The position numbers and the translations under genes are program-made. Positions 48,271 to 58,212 of a stretch of 64,000 bases of DNA are shown piece by piece. How positions within the stretch are numbered: position 1 is the first letter of the stretch; each line of letters opens with the position of its first letter. The notes under the pieces were generated by a model. That model searched no databases, was not told the origin of the DNA, and saw only the letters and a program-made list of their open reading frames with translations. This stretch comes from Acidobacteriota bacterium (GTDB taxonomy: Bacteria; Acidobacteriota; UBA6911): positions 2,304,001-2,368,000 of the forward strand of contig OY761556.1 in assembly GCA_963664705.1 (NCBI GenBank), in the 5' to 3' direction.

Positions 48271-49008
48271 CTATTTGCCCAGTTTCTCAATGGCTTTTGA
48301 ATTGATGTCATTCATCAGAAGACTCATGCTCTTCTGGATAGACTCGAATTGCCTCATGATCTCCACCATACGAACCAAGGATGAGACAGGATTGACGTTA
48401 GAAGTTTCCAGGTATCCGGATTTGACGGTTGCAGTGGATGGGCGCTCCGAAGCCTGGTCGCCCTTTACACGAAAGAGGGAGTTCCCTTCCTTTTCCAGTG
48501 TCGACAATTTGTCAAATGTGACAATTTTCAGACGATCCACTCTTGAGTTTTCAAGCAGGACCTCACCATCCGAGTTAATTTGAATCTTGCCGGGGCCCAG
48601 AGTAATGGGCTTGCCGGTGACTCCAAGCACTGGGCTGCCATCTGTGGTGGTAAGGACGGATTTTGCATTCAAATGCAGGCTTCCATTTCGCGTATAGCGA
48701 ACCCCCTGCGGCGCGTTCACTGCAAGAAAGCCATTGCCCTCCAGGGCAACATCCAGATCGCGATTCGTAAACGTAAATGAACTGCCGGCAGTATTTAGGG
48801 ATTTCCCAATCTGCACGGGTCGATTGATGGCCGATTCAAGCGTGGCGGCCTTGCCGGTTTGGTCCAGTGATTCCTCAAGCACAGAGATGAAGGTATTCTC
48901 CTCCTTGAACCCGGTCGTATTTGCGTTCGCCAGGTTGTTGGCGAGTACGTCCAGAGCCTCTGACTGAGCTTTGAGTCCTGTATACGCTGTATAAAGTCCG
49001 CTGTTCAC
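48271..49008 (-). CDS. flgF: Proximal rod protein
   Basis: SGLYTA, ANNLANANTTGFK, YTRNG, LETSNVNPV, RQFESIQK; GTG start with SD GAGG. Confidence 0.92.
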   Translation of the reverse strand: MNSGLYTAYTGLKAQSEALDVLANNLANANTTGFKEENTFISVLEESLDQTGKAATLESAINRPVQIGKSLNTAGSSFTFTNRDLDVALEGNGFLAVNAPQGVRYTRNGSLHLNAKSVLTTTDGSPVLGVTGKPITLGPGKIQINSDGEVLLENSRVDRLKIVTFDKLSTLEKEGNSLFRVKGDQASERPSTATVKSGYLETSNVNPVSSLVRMVEIMRQFESIQKSMSLLMNDINSKAIEKLGK

Positions 49009-49064
49009 TGGTTGATTCCTCTTGTTAATTAGCGCTCGCAGCCATTCCCAAGCACTCAATACCT

Positions 49065-49080
49065 AGCAACTTCCGTGCCA
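49065..49080 (-). promoter_or_regulatory. sigma54 promoter of flgF-G-A-H-I-J
   Basis: TGGCACGGAAGTTGCT, a perfect TGGCAC-N5-TTGC match. Confidence 0.85.
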
Positions 49081-49201
49081 CATTTTCCTATTTGCTATAT
49101 CCTGCATTTTCAAACATTTCCCGGCATTCATCCTGTCCGCTCTCTCTGCCAGTGTCATACAAATGGCAAATCTTGCCCAGTCGGCTGGGAAAGGATTGCG
49201 T

Positions 49202-50086
49202 TTAGCTGCCGCTCTCGTACCCAACGGCCATTGGGTCGTATTTGGTCGATTCCTGGCTATGGGCGACCGGGTGTGCAAACCGGAAGAAGTGGTGATGGGA
49301 TTCCGAAGGAAAATCCAGCCTCACCCAAATGAAATCCTGCACCAGTTCAGCCTGAATATCGAAAGCGCGGAGATTGATGGCCGTTGAGATAATCTCATTC
49401 CCGATTTCAACCAGCTCGCTGAGCGTATCAAAGGTCGGCACACTGGATAGGTCCAGATCTTCCGGCTCGTACCATTGCTCCAGGAGTCGATTGATGGCAG
49501 ATTGATCTCCGATGTATGTAACGATGCCCTTGCGGACCATGCGGCGAATGGCTTCCTGTGCATTGAAGTTGACCGGTGCCGAAACCGCAACTCGAAGCGA
49601 GGTCATTGAATCGTCAAAGCCCACCGGAACGAGCCCGGAGCATTTGGCCACCTTTCCAGGGATCATGCGCACAGCATCGTTTTTTGCCGCTGCGTTCTGC
49701 AGATTGATCAGGGGCAATCCGAATTGCTTGGCAAGCGCGGTTGTGATCTGATGTTCTTCGACAAAACCCAATCGAAGAAGCCACTCGCCGATGCGACCTT
49801 CTTTTCTTTCCGTCTGAAGTTGGATCGCCTGATCCAGTTGCTCTCGCGTAACAAAAGCGGTTTGCATCAGAATCGTCCCCAGTTTCGGCCTGGGAAAGGT
49901 GCGCATATTCCCGTGCTGCAATCTCCGCCACTTTTCTATCAGTTCAGTCTCACAATGAGCACGCAGGCACGCATCGCTGCAAAAGTCCTTGCCTTCATAT
50001 CTGGGAGGACGGCGACGATTGAGAAACAGGCTGAAATCGGATCGGATTTTTGCGCAATCTTTTCGATAACACTGATATTTAGACAT
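49202..50086 (-). CDS. Stand-alone MshEN (GspE/PilB N-terminal) domain protein with N-terminal Cys4 Zn-finger; putative c-di-GMP receptor
   Basis: C6-x4-C11...FC36SDAC40; tandem motifs KLGTILMQTAFVTREQLDQAIQLQ and RIGEWLLRLGFVEEHQITTALAKQ; no Walker A. Confidence 0.8.
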   Translation of the reverse strand: MSKYQCYRKDCAKIRSDFSLFLNRRRPPRYEGKDFCSDACLRAHCETELIEKWRRLQHGNMRTFPRPKLGTILMQTAFVTREQLDQAIQLQTERKEGRIGEWLLRLGFVEEHQITTALAKQFGLPLINLQNAAAKNDAVRMIPGKVAKCSGLVPVGFDDSMTSLRVAVSAPVNFNAQEAIRRMVRKGIVTYIGDQSAINRLLEQWYEPEDLDLSSVPTFDTLSELVEIGNEIISTAINLRAFDIQAELVQDFIWVRLDFPSESHHHFFRFAHPVAHSQESTKYDPMAVGYESGS

Positions 50087-50495
50087 ATTGTTTCACCTGC
50101 ATCTTGCCGGCGGAATAGCCTTCCCCGCCCGTGTATTTACTGAGGTTCAGGATCAGCTCAGCCTCTCCCACGGGAGCTTTGAGACGTTTCACGATATCTT
50201 CCAGAGGGACACCCTGGCGCGAAAGCGCCAATACCTGGTGCCGACGCTCCAGCGGAAGATTGGAATCATGCGAGGGGATGCTTAATTCCATAATCCGTTC
50301 TTCCATTTCTTCGAGGCGGCCGGAGGATTTCTTGTGCGACTGCATTTGTATCTCCGCCAGTTGGCTCACTGCGTCCGAAGCGCGCCGCAGTTCCTGTTCG
50401 AGGGTTTGAATTCGCTGAAGCATTTTTCTCATCGCGCTCCAGCAAAACCAGATACAACCGGCAACCGCGACAAAAACCAGGAAGGTATTTAGCAT
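50079..50495 (-). CDS. Membrane-anchored coiled-coil protein with C-terminal HTH-like motif (DUF2802/DUF6115-like)
   Basis: N-terminal TM, coiled coil, LSRQG...EDIVKRL..PVGEAELIL. Confidence 0.7.
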   Translation of the reverse strand: MLNTFLVFVAVAGCIWFCWSAMRKMLQRIQTLEQELRRASDAVSQLAEIQMQSHKKSSGRLEEMEERIMELSIPSHDSNLPLERRHQVLALSRQGVPLEDIVKRLKAPVGEAELILNLSKYTGGEGYSAGKMQVKQYV

Positions 50496-50524
50496 TCCGC
50501 TCTCCTCTGCAGACGCAGGCCAGG

Positions 50525-51388
50525 CTAACGATTCAGATTCGATGAGGCCTGGATTGCCGTCTCAATCTCCATTGCAAGTTCAACCAACACCGGCTCACCA
50601 AGTTTCAGGAACTCGGCCGATGTCTCCTTCTCCAGAACCAGTTTCTCATCTTTTGAGAAACCGACACCCAGCAGGGTCATGAACAAATCGGCCAGGTTGA
50701 TGATGCAAGCCAACTGCTTGTAGGTAGGGGCCGAGAGCGGATCATGATGAAAGCCGACAGCTTCTGCCAGTTGCGGTGGAAAATTCCATTTCCGGGCTAA
50801 TAGAGCGCCTACATGCGCATGGGAGAACCCAAACGATGTGAGCTCGAGATCATTGAAACTGCCATGTTTTCCATACACGGCGCTGATGATTTCGGTATAG
50901 CGGTCACGCAGGTTCTGCAATAAAACGGGCTTGCCGATATCGTGCATCAGGCCGCAAATCAAGGCTTCCTCCATGTCCTGGCCTCTGACTCTCCGCGCGA
51001 TCGCACGTGCAGCCAGGGCAGTTCCCCAGGAATGTTCAGCCATCAGCTTTGCACCCAGATCCTTGGCGGTCTGAAAGACCGACTCTACAGAGGCTGCCAT
51101 CAGGACGGATTTCACCGCATCCATTCCCAGGACGGTTATCGCATGGGAGACCGTGGATACTTCACTTCTCAGGGCATACATGGCCGAATTGACAATCCTC
51201 AGCATCTTGGCCGACAGAGCCTCATCCTTTGAAATCAATAACTGTAGTCTGTAAACCGAAGCATCCGGGTCCATCGCCAGCTCGAGTGCCCTCATGACGG
51301 TGGTCGGCATGGGAGGCAGGTCTGTCACTTTTGCGACAAGAGCATTGAGATTCAGTATTGGTTGAGGGTTGTTTTGAACAGTTGCCAT
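50525..51388 (-). CDS. HDOD domain protein
   Basis: LPPMP, LSAKMLRIVNSA, HAITVLG, GLMHDIGK, HAHVGALLARKWNFP. Confidence 0.92.
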   Translation of the reverse strand: MATVQNNPQPILNLNALVAKVTDLPPMPTTVMRALELAMDPDASVYRLQLLISKDEALSAKMLRIVNSAMYALRSEVSTVSHAITVLGMDAVKSVLMAASVESVFQTAKDLGAKLMAEHSWGTALAARAIARRVRGQDMEEALICGLMHDIGKPVLLQNLRDRYTEIISAVYGKHGSFNDLELTSFGFSHAHVGALLARKWNFPPQLAEAVGFHHDPLSAPTYKQLACIINLADLFMTLLGVGFSKDEKLVLEKETSAEFLKLGEPVLVELAMEIETAIQASSNLNR

Positions 51389-51450
51389 AGCCTGCTTTCC
51401 AGTCGGTTCAGGCGCGACCTGCGGATCCAGGGCGCGCGGTTCATCGATAT

Positions 51451-51759
51451 TTATCCAAGTGACCGAATGCGATCTGCGGTGCTTTCAACTTCAAGAATGC
51501 GCACGCCATAATTGCCTTCCACCATGACAACCTCCCCTTTGGCGATGGGCTTGCGGTTGACGATGATGGTCACTGGATCATTAACAGCCTTATCCAGCTC
51601 TATGACGGACCCTGCCCCGAGCTTCAAAATGTCACGCAGCTGCATTTCGGTGTTGCCAAAAGAAACAGCCACCGGCAACTCCACATCCAGCAACAGATCG
51701 ATGTTCCAGTTGCCTCCATTTTTCTGTGCCACCGATCCTTGTTCCCCCATATCTGTCAC
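51451..51759 (-). CDS. fliN: Motor switch protein FliN
   Basis: NIDLLLDVEL, LGAGSVIELDK, IAKGEVV...YGVRI; SD GGGAGG. Confidence 0.93.
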   Translation of the reverse strand: MTDMGEQGSVAQKNGGNWNIDLLLDVELPVAVSFGNTEMQLRDILKLGAGSVIELDKAVNDPVTIIVNRKPIAKGEVVMVEGNYGVRILEVESTADRIRSLG

Positions 51760-51777
51760 GCGAAACCTCCCTGCTCG

Positions 51778-52749
51778 TTAGGCAGTAATTCTGTTGGATA
51801 TTTCGAAAGCTCTTTTACCGCGCCGCTGCACAATCTTGCCGGCAAACTTGGCGATTCCGCCAACACACAGCAGTACCGGATCCCCAATTCGCTCATTGAG
51901 TTCAATGACATCGCCCACCGAAACCGTGAGCAGGTCGCTCATGGTCAGTTTCGAACTCCGGATTTCGCTTCCCAGTGGAAGCGCCACCGGCTTCATCAGC
52001 TCGGAAATCACGCCGGCCACGCTGCCTATTGCCTTTTGCCTTGGCGCATTCCACTGCTGATCGAATTTATTGCGCAGCATTTTGAGGATTCGGGATGGAA
52101 TACATATATTCATCATTCCCGAGTTCTCTCCCGATTTCACCTCGAGGTGCACAACAATCACCGCTTCGGCCGGAGATACGATCTGGAACATTTGGGACTT
52201 GGTGCCCTTCCCTTCGAGATAGAATTCCAGTTCTATGACCGGATGCCATGCCTCGCCCAAATCTCTCATCACAAGCTTGAGCACACCTTCGATGACGTTC
52301 AGTTCTATTTCCGTCAGATTACGGTTTTCGGTAAACGGCCGCCCGGGACCGCCCAGGATCATGTCGATCAGGGGCAGCACCAATGACGGATTCATCTCCA
52401 GCGCAATATTTCCATCCAGCGGACGCATTCCCAGACTCGCAAACAGCGTCGGATCGGAGAGCGACTTGATGAATGAGGAATAGGAAACCTGTTCAAGCGA
52501 GGAGATGCTGACATCTACGAAAGCCCGAAGGTATGCGGAGAGGGACGATGCGAAGTTGCGCCCGAAATGTTCGTGCAACAGGTGAATCGACCGCATCTGG
52601 TCCTGCGAAATCCTATCGGCACTATGGAAGTCGTAATTGGTCACCTTGCGTTCAGGCGGCTTTTCCGCCTGTTCGCCCAGGCTCAAGTCTTCCGTCGACA
52701 TTGCGGAAAACAGAGCATTAATTTCGTCCTGCGATAAAACTTTATCCAT
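51778..52749 (-). CDS. fliM: Motor switch protein FliM
   Basis: VLSQDEINALF, YDF, MILGG.G..RNLTEIE, C-terminal SpoA domain. Confidence 0.95.
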   Translation of the reverse strand: MDKVLSQDEINALFSAMSTEDLSLGEQAEKPPERKVTNYDFHSADRISQDQMRSIHLLHEHFGRNFASSLSAYLRAFVDVSISSLEQVSYSSFIKSLSDPTLFASLGMRPLDGNIALEMNPSLVLPLIDMILGGPGRPFTENRNLTEIELNVIEGVLKLVMRDLGEAWHPVIELEFYLEGKGTKSQMFQIVSPAEAVIVVHLEVKSGENSGMMNICIPSRILKMLRNKFDQQWNAPRQKAIGSVAGVISELMKPVALPLGSEIRSSKLTMSDLLTVSVGDVIELNERIGDPVLLCVGGIAKFAGKIVQRRGKRAFEISNRITA

Positions 52750-52767
52750 ATGCGAGCCCTTGTTGGC

Positions 52768-53538
52768 CTAATCCTGTCCGTTTACCTTCCTTAGCTTGGT
52801 CCGAAGCCGCAGCATTGCCTTGGTATGGAGCTGCGACACTCTTGATTCATTGACTCCGAGGACTTTTCCGATTTCCTTCATTGTCAATTCGTCAAAATAA
52901 TAAAGGGACACGACAAGACGTTCTTTTTTGGGCAAGGTATCGATCGCGGTGCTCAGAATCGCCTGGATCTCAGTCTTGTGAAAAACAAAAAACGGATCCA
53001 TCTGCGGCGCATCCGGTACATACTTCACCAGCGGCTCGCTGTTCTTCTCGTCATCCTGAGAGGATAGCTCCTGGAAGCTGCCGAGATTCAATCCCTTGAT
53101 TTGATCTACAAGTTCATAGAACTCTTCAAGTGAGATCTCCATTTCATCGCAGACTTCCTTATCCGTGGCGGGACGGCCCAGGCGCTGCTCGAGCTCCCGA
53201 TACACGCGTTCCAGGTCTTTGCTTTTCTTTCTCAGGGAGCGCGGCGCCCAGTCGAGATTGCGAAGGCTGTCAAGAATGGCACCCTTGATGCGCAGCTCGG
53301 CATAGGTCTTGAATTTCACGCCTCGGTTCGGATCGAATTTCTCGATAGCGTCCAATAAACCGAGAATTCCCGCGCTTACGAGATCATTCAGCTCGACATG
53401 CGATGGCAGTTTGGCGGAGATCCGCTGCGCGATGTATTTGATCTGCGGCAGATGCTCCAGAATAAGTTCGTCCCTTTCGGGATTGGCTGGGATAGGCGGT
53501 GCATACATTTTTTGTTGGCTCGACAATTCCTGCATCAT
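52768..53538 (-). CDS. fliA: RNA polymerase sigma28
   Basis: DLVSAGILGLLDA, FKTYAELRIKGAILDSLRNLDWAPRS, ESRVSQLH. Confidence 0.96.
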   Translation of the reverse strand: MMQELSSQQKMYAPPIPANPERDELILEHLPQIKYIAQRISAKLPSHVELNDLVSAGILGLLDAIEKFDPNRGVKFKTYAELRIKGAILDSLRNLDWAPRSLRKKSKDLERVYRELEQRLGRPATDKEVCDEMEISLEEFYELVDQIKGLNLGSFQELSSQDDEKNSEPLVKYVPDAPQMDPFFVFHKTEIQAILSTAIDTLPKKERLVVSLYYFDELTMKEIGKVLGVNESRVSQLHTKAMLRLRTKLRKVNGQD

Positions 53539-53835
53539 CGTATTCCTCTTGAACAGAGCCACCGTAACGGCCGGCTCCTAGGCTATTCAATTGGCTGTCA
53601 AAGTCTCCCTAAAGAGGATCAGAAGACTTGATGTCCATTCGAGATAATGGCAATGATTCTTGGCTATCGGGAGAGCATCCTTCCTGCTTGGAACGGGATC
53701 TCTCCGTTGGAGGTTGGCAGCGAGTCGGAGTGTATCGGCGACGGCCCGCATCGTATACAACTTCTGTACTGATCGCACCAGGATCCCTCCGAATCTCAAC
53801 TCGCGTGTTTCACTCGATCCTGAATGCGCGTTCAC

Positions 53836-54744
53836 TTAATTCACCCAGTCGTTTAGAAGTTTTTCCCACACCAGGCCATCGACAGCGGTTCCGGCACCTT
53901 CCTGCTGAGCCACTCTCCGCGCGAGCTCTCGAAAGCAACGGCTCGCCGGTGCGCTCGGAAACCGGTGGGTCACGAGCATCTGGCTCCGAACTGCCTGAGT
54001 GACGTGGGGATCTCTTTCGATATGGCCGAGATATTCTATTTCCCTGCTGAGAAATCGCTTGACCACGGAATTGATCTGGCAGAATACCTCGTGCGCATCC
54101 TCGGCTTGATCGACCGAGTTGATGAGCACCTGGACATGCTTGTCGTGATCTTCAGCCAGGATGATCTTGATAACGGCATAGGCATCGACAATGGCTGTCG
54201 GCTCCGGAGCGCTGACCACGATGACTTCCTGCGCTGAAAGGAGAAAGTGGATCACATTTCGTGAAATGCCTGCGGCGGTATCGATAATGAAATAGTCTGT
54301 ATCGGAATCCAGATTCGTAAAGCTCTCTACCAGGTGATTGCGCTGAGCCAGCGTCAATTCCGACATCCTCTGCAATCCGGAACTGGCTGGAATGATCTGT
54401 ATGCCTTTGGGGCCCTGAACCATGATCTCCGTCAGCGTCTTGTTGCCAAACAGCACATGCCCGAGGTGATACCGCGGAGTCAGCCCAAGAAGAACATCCA
54501 GGTTGGCCAGCCCGAAATCCGCATCCAGGACGACAACCTTCTTGCCCAGCTCCGACAGACTGACCGACAGATTGGCCACAACATTGGTCTTTCCAACCCC
54601 GCCTTTCCCACTCGTCACGGCAAGAATCTTCGGGCCTTTGCTCCTTGCCTTGAGCAATGCTCCTTTTGTATCCGACATACCCATGGAACGGGATTTTGTC
54701 TGCTGATTGCCTGCGGTACCGCGAAGCTGATAGGGAGGCGTCAT
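53836..54744 (-). CDS. flhG: MinD-like flagellar number regulator
   Basis: SGKGGVGKTN, DADFGLANLD, IDTAAGIS, PEPTAIVDAY; downstream of flhF. Confidence 0.93.
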   Translation of the reverse strand: MTPPYQLRGTAGNQQTKSRSMGMSDTKGALLKARSKGPKILAVTSGKGGVGKTNVVANLSVSLSELGKKVVVLDADFGLANLDVLLGLTPRYHLGHVLFGNKTLTEIMVQGPKGIQIIPASSGLQRMSELTLAQRNHLVESFTNLDSDTDYFIIDTAAGISRNVIHFLLSAQEVIVVSAPEPTAIVDAYAVIKIILAEDHDKHVQVLINSVDQAEDAHEVFCQINSVVKRFLSREIEYLGHIERDPHVTQAVRSQMLVTHRFPSAPASRCFRELARRVAQQEGAGTAVDGLVWEKLLNDWVN

Positions 54745-54747
54745 AAT

Positions 54748-56001
54748 CTATTCCTTTATTGCGCTCATGTTTGGGTTCAAAACAATGTCGATGATCCGGT
54801 CTTTCGGAACTGCATGAAGGTCGTCAGGTACCCTCTGGCCATTGCTGTAGTAAGAGAACGATTTCTGCGTCCGAATCAACTCATGCAAAATCGGGCCCGG
54901 AGTGGAGGTTTCATCGAGCTTGGTAAACAACAGATGATCCGGATGGCACATTTCGAAACGGTCGATCATTTCCCTCATATCCGACTGCTTGGTTGCCGCA
55001 CTTAAAACAAGATGCCTCTCGATAAATTCGGATTCGCTGAGGTAGGAAGCCAAGCTGCGCATCTGCTCCAGATCTCGTGGTCCGTGCCCTGCGGTATCGA
55101 TCAGGATGTAGTCCCGCTGGGAGTTTTCGCTGATAGCCTGCGGCAACTGGGATACCTGGTCCACAAAACGGAATGGAATTCCCATCAGACCGGCATAGGA
55201 GCGCAGCTGCTCAACGGCGCCAATCCGATATCCATCTGTTGTCATAAGAAGCACCCTTTTCTTCTGCTGCAATGCGAGACGTGCGGCAAGTTTGGCAATC
55301 GATGTCGTTTTTCCGACACCCGTCGGTCCAAGAAAGGTAACCACCTTCTTGGCCGGCATGCCGTTTAACGTTGAAGGATCGGCTAATAAGGCCTGTGCGG
55401 CCTGTGTTACCGATTTGACCAACGCCGTGCGGCTCCGTCGCTGCCCTGCCGTCAGGCAGTTCATAGCTGTCTTGAGCAATTCGCATGCCAAAGAAGCGTC
55501 AATGCCGCAATTAATTAATTCCTGATAAAGAGAAGCCGGGATGCGCCCCTTGACAGGCAGTTCAGACTCGGAGGAAACCGGCTTTTGTATCGGAGGTTCT
55601 ATCCGGGCAACCGCGATCCTTTTTTTTGCTTTTGCCGTTTTGGCCTTTGTTGCCGCCTGGTTTCGGATCTGCGCAGGAGAATATGTCTGTGGCTCTGCTT
55701 CTTCGGCCTGGGCTTCGCATCTCAATTGTCCCGGAATCACCAACGGCGGAATGATCAGTTCGTCAGGATCTCTCTCGAGCGACGCTGCCGCATTTCCAAT
55801 TTCATGACTGGGAGCAAATACATCGATCCCATCGCTATCATCGATGGCAGCTACGACTTCGAATCCGGACGAAGTCCCCCAAACTCCGGAACGTCGCGGG
55901 ATTTCTTTGGTGGACAGGAGCAGAGCATCGGGACCCAGGTGGGCTTTGACCTGCCGCAGTGCTTCTGCCATTGTTTTGGTATAGAACGTCTTGATCCGCA
56001 T
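54748..56001 (-). CDS. flhF: SRP-type GTPase FlhF
   Basis: MRIKTF...EAL..VK..LGPDA, GPTGVGKTTS, DTAG, TKLDET, GQRVPDD. Confidence 0.95.
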   Translation of the reverse strand: MRIKTFYTKTMAEALRQVKAHLGPDALLLSTKEIPRRSGVWGTSSGFEVVAAIDDSDGIDVFAPSHEIGNAAASLERDPDELIIPPLVIPGQLRCEAQAEEAEPQTYSPAQIRNQAATKAKTAKAKKRIAVARIEPPIQKPVSSESELPVKGRIPASLYQELINCGIDASLACELLKTAMNCLTAGQRRSRTALVKSVTQAAQALLADPSTLNGMPAKKVVTFLGPTGVGKTTSIAKLAARLALQQKKRVLLMTTDGYRIGAVEQLRSYAGLMGIPFRFVDQVSQLPQAISENSQRDYILIDTAGHGPRDLEQMRSLASYLSESEFIERHLVLSAATKQSDMREMIDRFEMCHPDHLLFTKLDETSTPGPILHELIRTQKSFSYYSNGQRVPDDLHAVPKDRIIDIVLNPNMSAIKE

Positions 56002-56002
56002 T

Positions 56003-58087
56003 CTAAATCACCATTCCAAGAGAAAGGACCCGAATGCTCGGGGGAATTTCGCTGTGCGAAAGAATCGCAACATTCGGTAGAAATCGTTCCAGTAATTGGC
56101 GTACGTGTGAACGAACGGTCGGAGAACAAAGCACGACCGGGTTCCCGCTGCTCCCCGCAGTATCGAGAACGCGACGGAAACGCGCCATGATGTCCTTGGC
56201 CTGACGCGGTTCCAATGCAAGGTAGGAACCCTGGTCGGAATGCACCACGCCATCCGCAAGGTTCTTTTCCAGATCCGGACTGATCGTGAATACAGGCAGA
56301 TCGCCGTCTTCCGTCTGGTAGGGTTTGCAGATGGAACGGCCAAGAGATTGACGGCAATACTCCGTCAAGGCAGTGACATTCTTCGTATAAGTACCGTAAT
56401 CAGCCAGTGTTTCCAAAATTGTGACGGCATCGCGGATGCTGACCCGTTCCTTGAGCAGATTCTGGAATACTTTTTGAACCTCTCCCACCGAGAGAACTTT
56501 CGGAACCAGCTCTTCAACAACCTTTGGATGAGTCTTCGACACGGTATCCAGAAGGTTCTTGGCTTCCTGTCGGCCGAGCAGCTCATGCGCCTGTGATTTG
56601 ATGATTTCGGTCAGATGCGTTGCCAGCACCGTTGCGGGATCCACCAGCGTGTATCCGGCAAGCTGTGCCCGCTCACGATCCTGCGACTTGATCCAGCGAG
56701 CTTGCAGCCCGAACGCCGGCTCAACCGTGGCCATCCCTGGAACCTCTTCGCGGGCCGTTCCCGGATTGATTGCCAGCAGATGATCCTGAATCAGTTCTCC
56801 GCGGGCAATCTGAACGCCTTTGAGCAGAATCGCATATTGCCGGGGATTCAACTGAAGGTTGTCGGTAATGTGTACCGGCGGAACAACCAGCCCCATTTCA
56901 AGCGCAATCTGCCTGCGAATGGATTTGATTCTATCGAGGAAATCTCCGCCCTGGCTCGCATCAACGTACCGGATCAAGCCGTAACCCATCTCGATTCCAA
57001 GCAGATCCACCTTGAGTAGCCCTTCGATCTTGTCTTTGGGCTTCTCGGCCTCCGCCTTTTCCAGTTTTGCCTTCTCCAGAGCAGCCGTTTCATCGATCCG
57101 GGCATTCCGTCTCCGATAGGCCAACACCGCCGTCGCGCAGCCCAGGACGAAAAATGGAACAAAGGGCAGGCCTGGCACGAGACTGAAGAAAAACAGGAAG
57201 CCCGAGCCAATCGCGATCGGTATGTGATTGGTAAACAACTGCCGGACAACATCCTCTCCGAGATTGGACTCCGAGGCCGCCCGGGTTGTGATGATACCGC
57301 CGGCAACCGAGATCAGCAGCGAAGGGATAGCAGTCACAAGACCGTCACCAATCGTCAAAATCGTGAACCGCTGGGCTGCCTCCGTTAACTCCATACCGTT
57401 CTGAAGAACACCGATCAGGAACCCGCCGATAATGTTGATCGTCATGATGATCATGCTGGCAACAGCATCGCGGGCCGTAAAACGAATCGCGCCGTCCATA
57501 GCTCCGTAAAACTCGGCTTCTTTGGAAATCTGCTCCCGGCGCGCTCTCGCTTCCGTTTCGTTGATGATTCCGGCGTTCATGTCCGCATCGATCGCCATCT
57601 GCTTGCCTGGCATGGCGTCCAAGGTGAAGCGGGCGGACACTTCCGAAATACGGATGGAGCCGTGGTTGATGACCATGTATTGAATGGCTATGAGGACGAG
57701 AAATACGACAATACCGACAAAATAATTGCCTCCGACCACAAACTGCCCGAAGGACTGGATGACCTTCCCTGCCGCATCTTCGCCTTCAGCCCCGTTTAAG
57801 AGAATCAAACGGGTTGAGGCAACGTTCAACGCCAGGCGGAACAGGGTGATGATGAGGAGAAGTGATGGAAATACTGAAAAATGTACAGGTTGCAGTATGT
57901 ACATTGAGACCAGCATGACAATAATCGACAGCGTGAAATTCAAGCTGATCAGGAGATCCATGACGATGGTGGGCATAGGCAGCACCATGACGATCAGGAT
58001 TCCCATCACTCCCACGGGGATAACTAAATGAAGCTTACCGAGGATATTTGAAAGGTTTGGAATTGCGGTATCTTCTGCAACACTCAT
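56003..58087 (-). CDS. flhA: Flagellar export gate protein
   Basis: FRLALNVASTR, EVSARFTLDAMPGKQMAIDAD, FYGAMDGA. Confidence 0.97.
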   Translation of the reverse strand: MSVAEDTAIPNLSNILGKLHLVIPVGVMGILIVMVLPMPTIVMDLLISLNFTLSIIVMLVSMYILQPVHFSVFPSLLLIITLFRLALNVASTRLILLNGAEGEDAAGKVIQSFGQFVVGGNYFVGIVVFLVLIAIQYMVINHGSIRISEVSARFTLDAMPGKQMAIDADMNAGIINETEARARREQISKEAEFYGAMDGAIRFTARDAVASMIIMTINIIGGFLIGVLQNGMELTEAAQRFTILTIGDGLVTAIPSLLISVAGGIITTRAASESNLGEDVVRQLFTNHIPIAIGSGFLFFFSLVPGLPFVPFFVLGCATAVLAYRRRNARIDETAALEKAKLEKAEAEKPKDKIEGLLKVDLLGIEMGYGLIRYVDASQGGDFLDRIKSIRRQIALEMGLVVPPVHITDNLQLNPRQYAILLKGVQIARGELIQDHLLAINPGTAREEVPGMATVEPAFGLQARWIKSQDRERAQLAGYTLVDPATVLATHLTEIIKSQAHELLGRQEAKNLLDTVSKTHPKVVEELVPKVLSVGEVQKVFQNLLKERVSIRDAVTILETLADYGTYTKNVTALTEYCRQSLGRSICKPYQTEDGDLPVFTISPDLEKNLADGVVHSDQGSYLALEPRQAKDIMARFRRVLDTAGSSGNPVVLCSPTVRSHVRQLLERFLPNVAILSHSEIPPSIRVLSLGMVI

Positions 58088-58140
58088 TTCTTTTTCCGGA
58101 TCCCCTAAAAGTTCTTTTCTGTCGCTCGGGCATAGGAAAA

Positions 58141-58156
58141 TGCAAATCGCGTACCA
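58141..58156 (-). promoter_or_regulatory. Putative sigma54 promoter of the flhA-flhF-flhG-fliA-fliM-fliN operon
   Basis: TGGTACGCGATTTGCA (GG-N10-GC). Confidence 0.75.
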
Positions 58157-58212
58157 CTTTTCAAAATAGACTGTAGAGAATAGGAAATATGGCCGAAAAG
58201 AATGGGTTTGGG

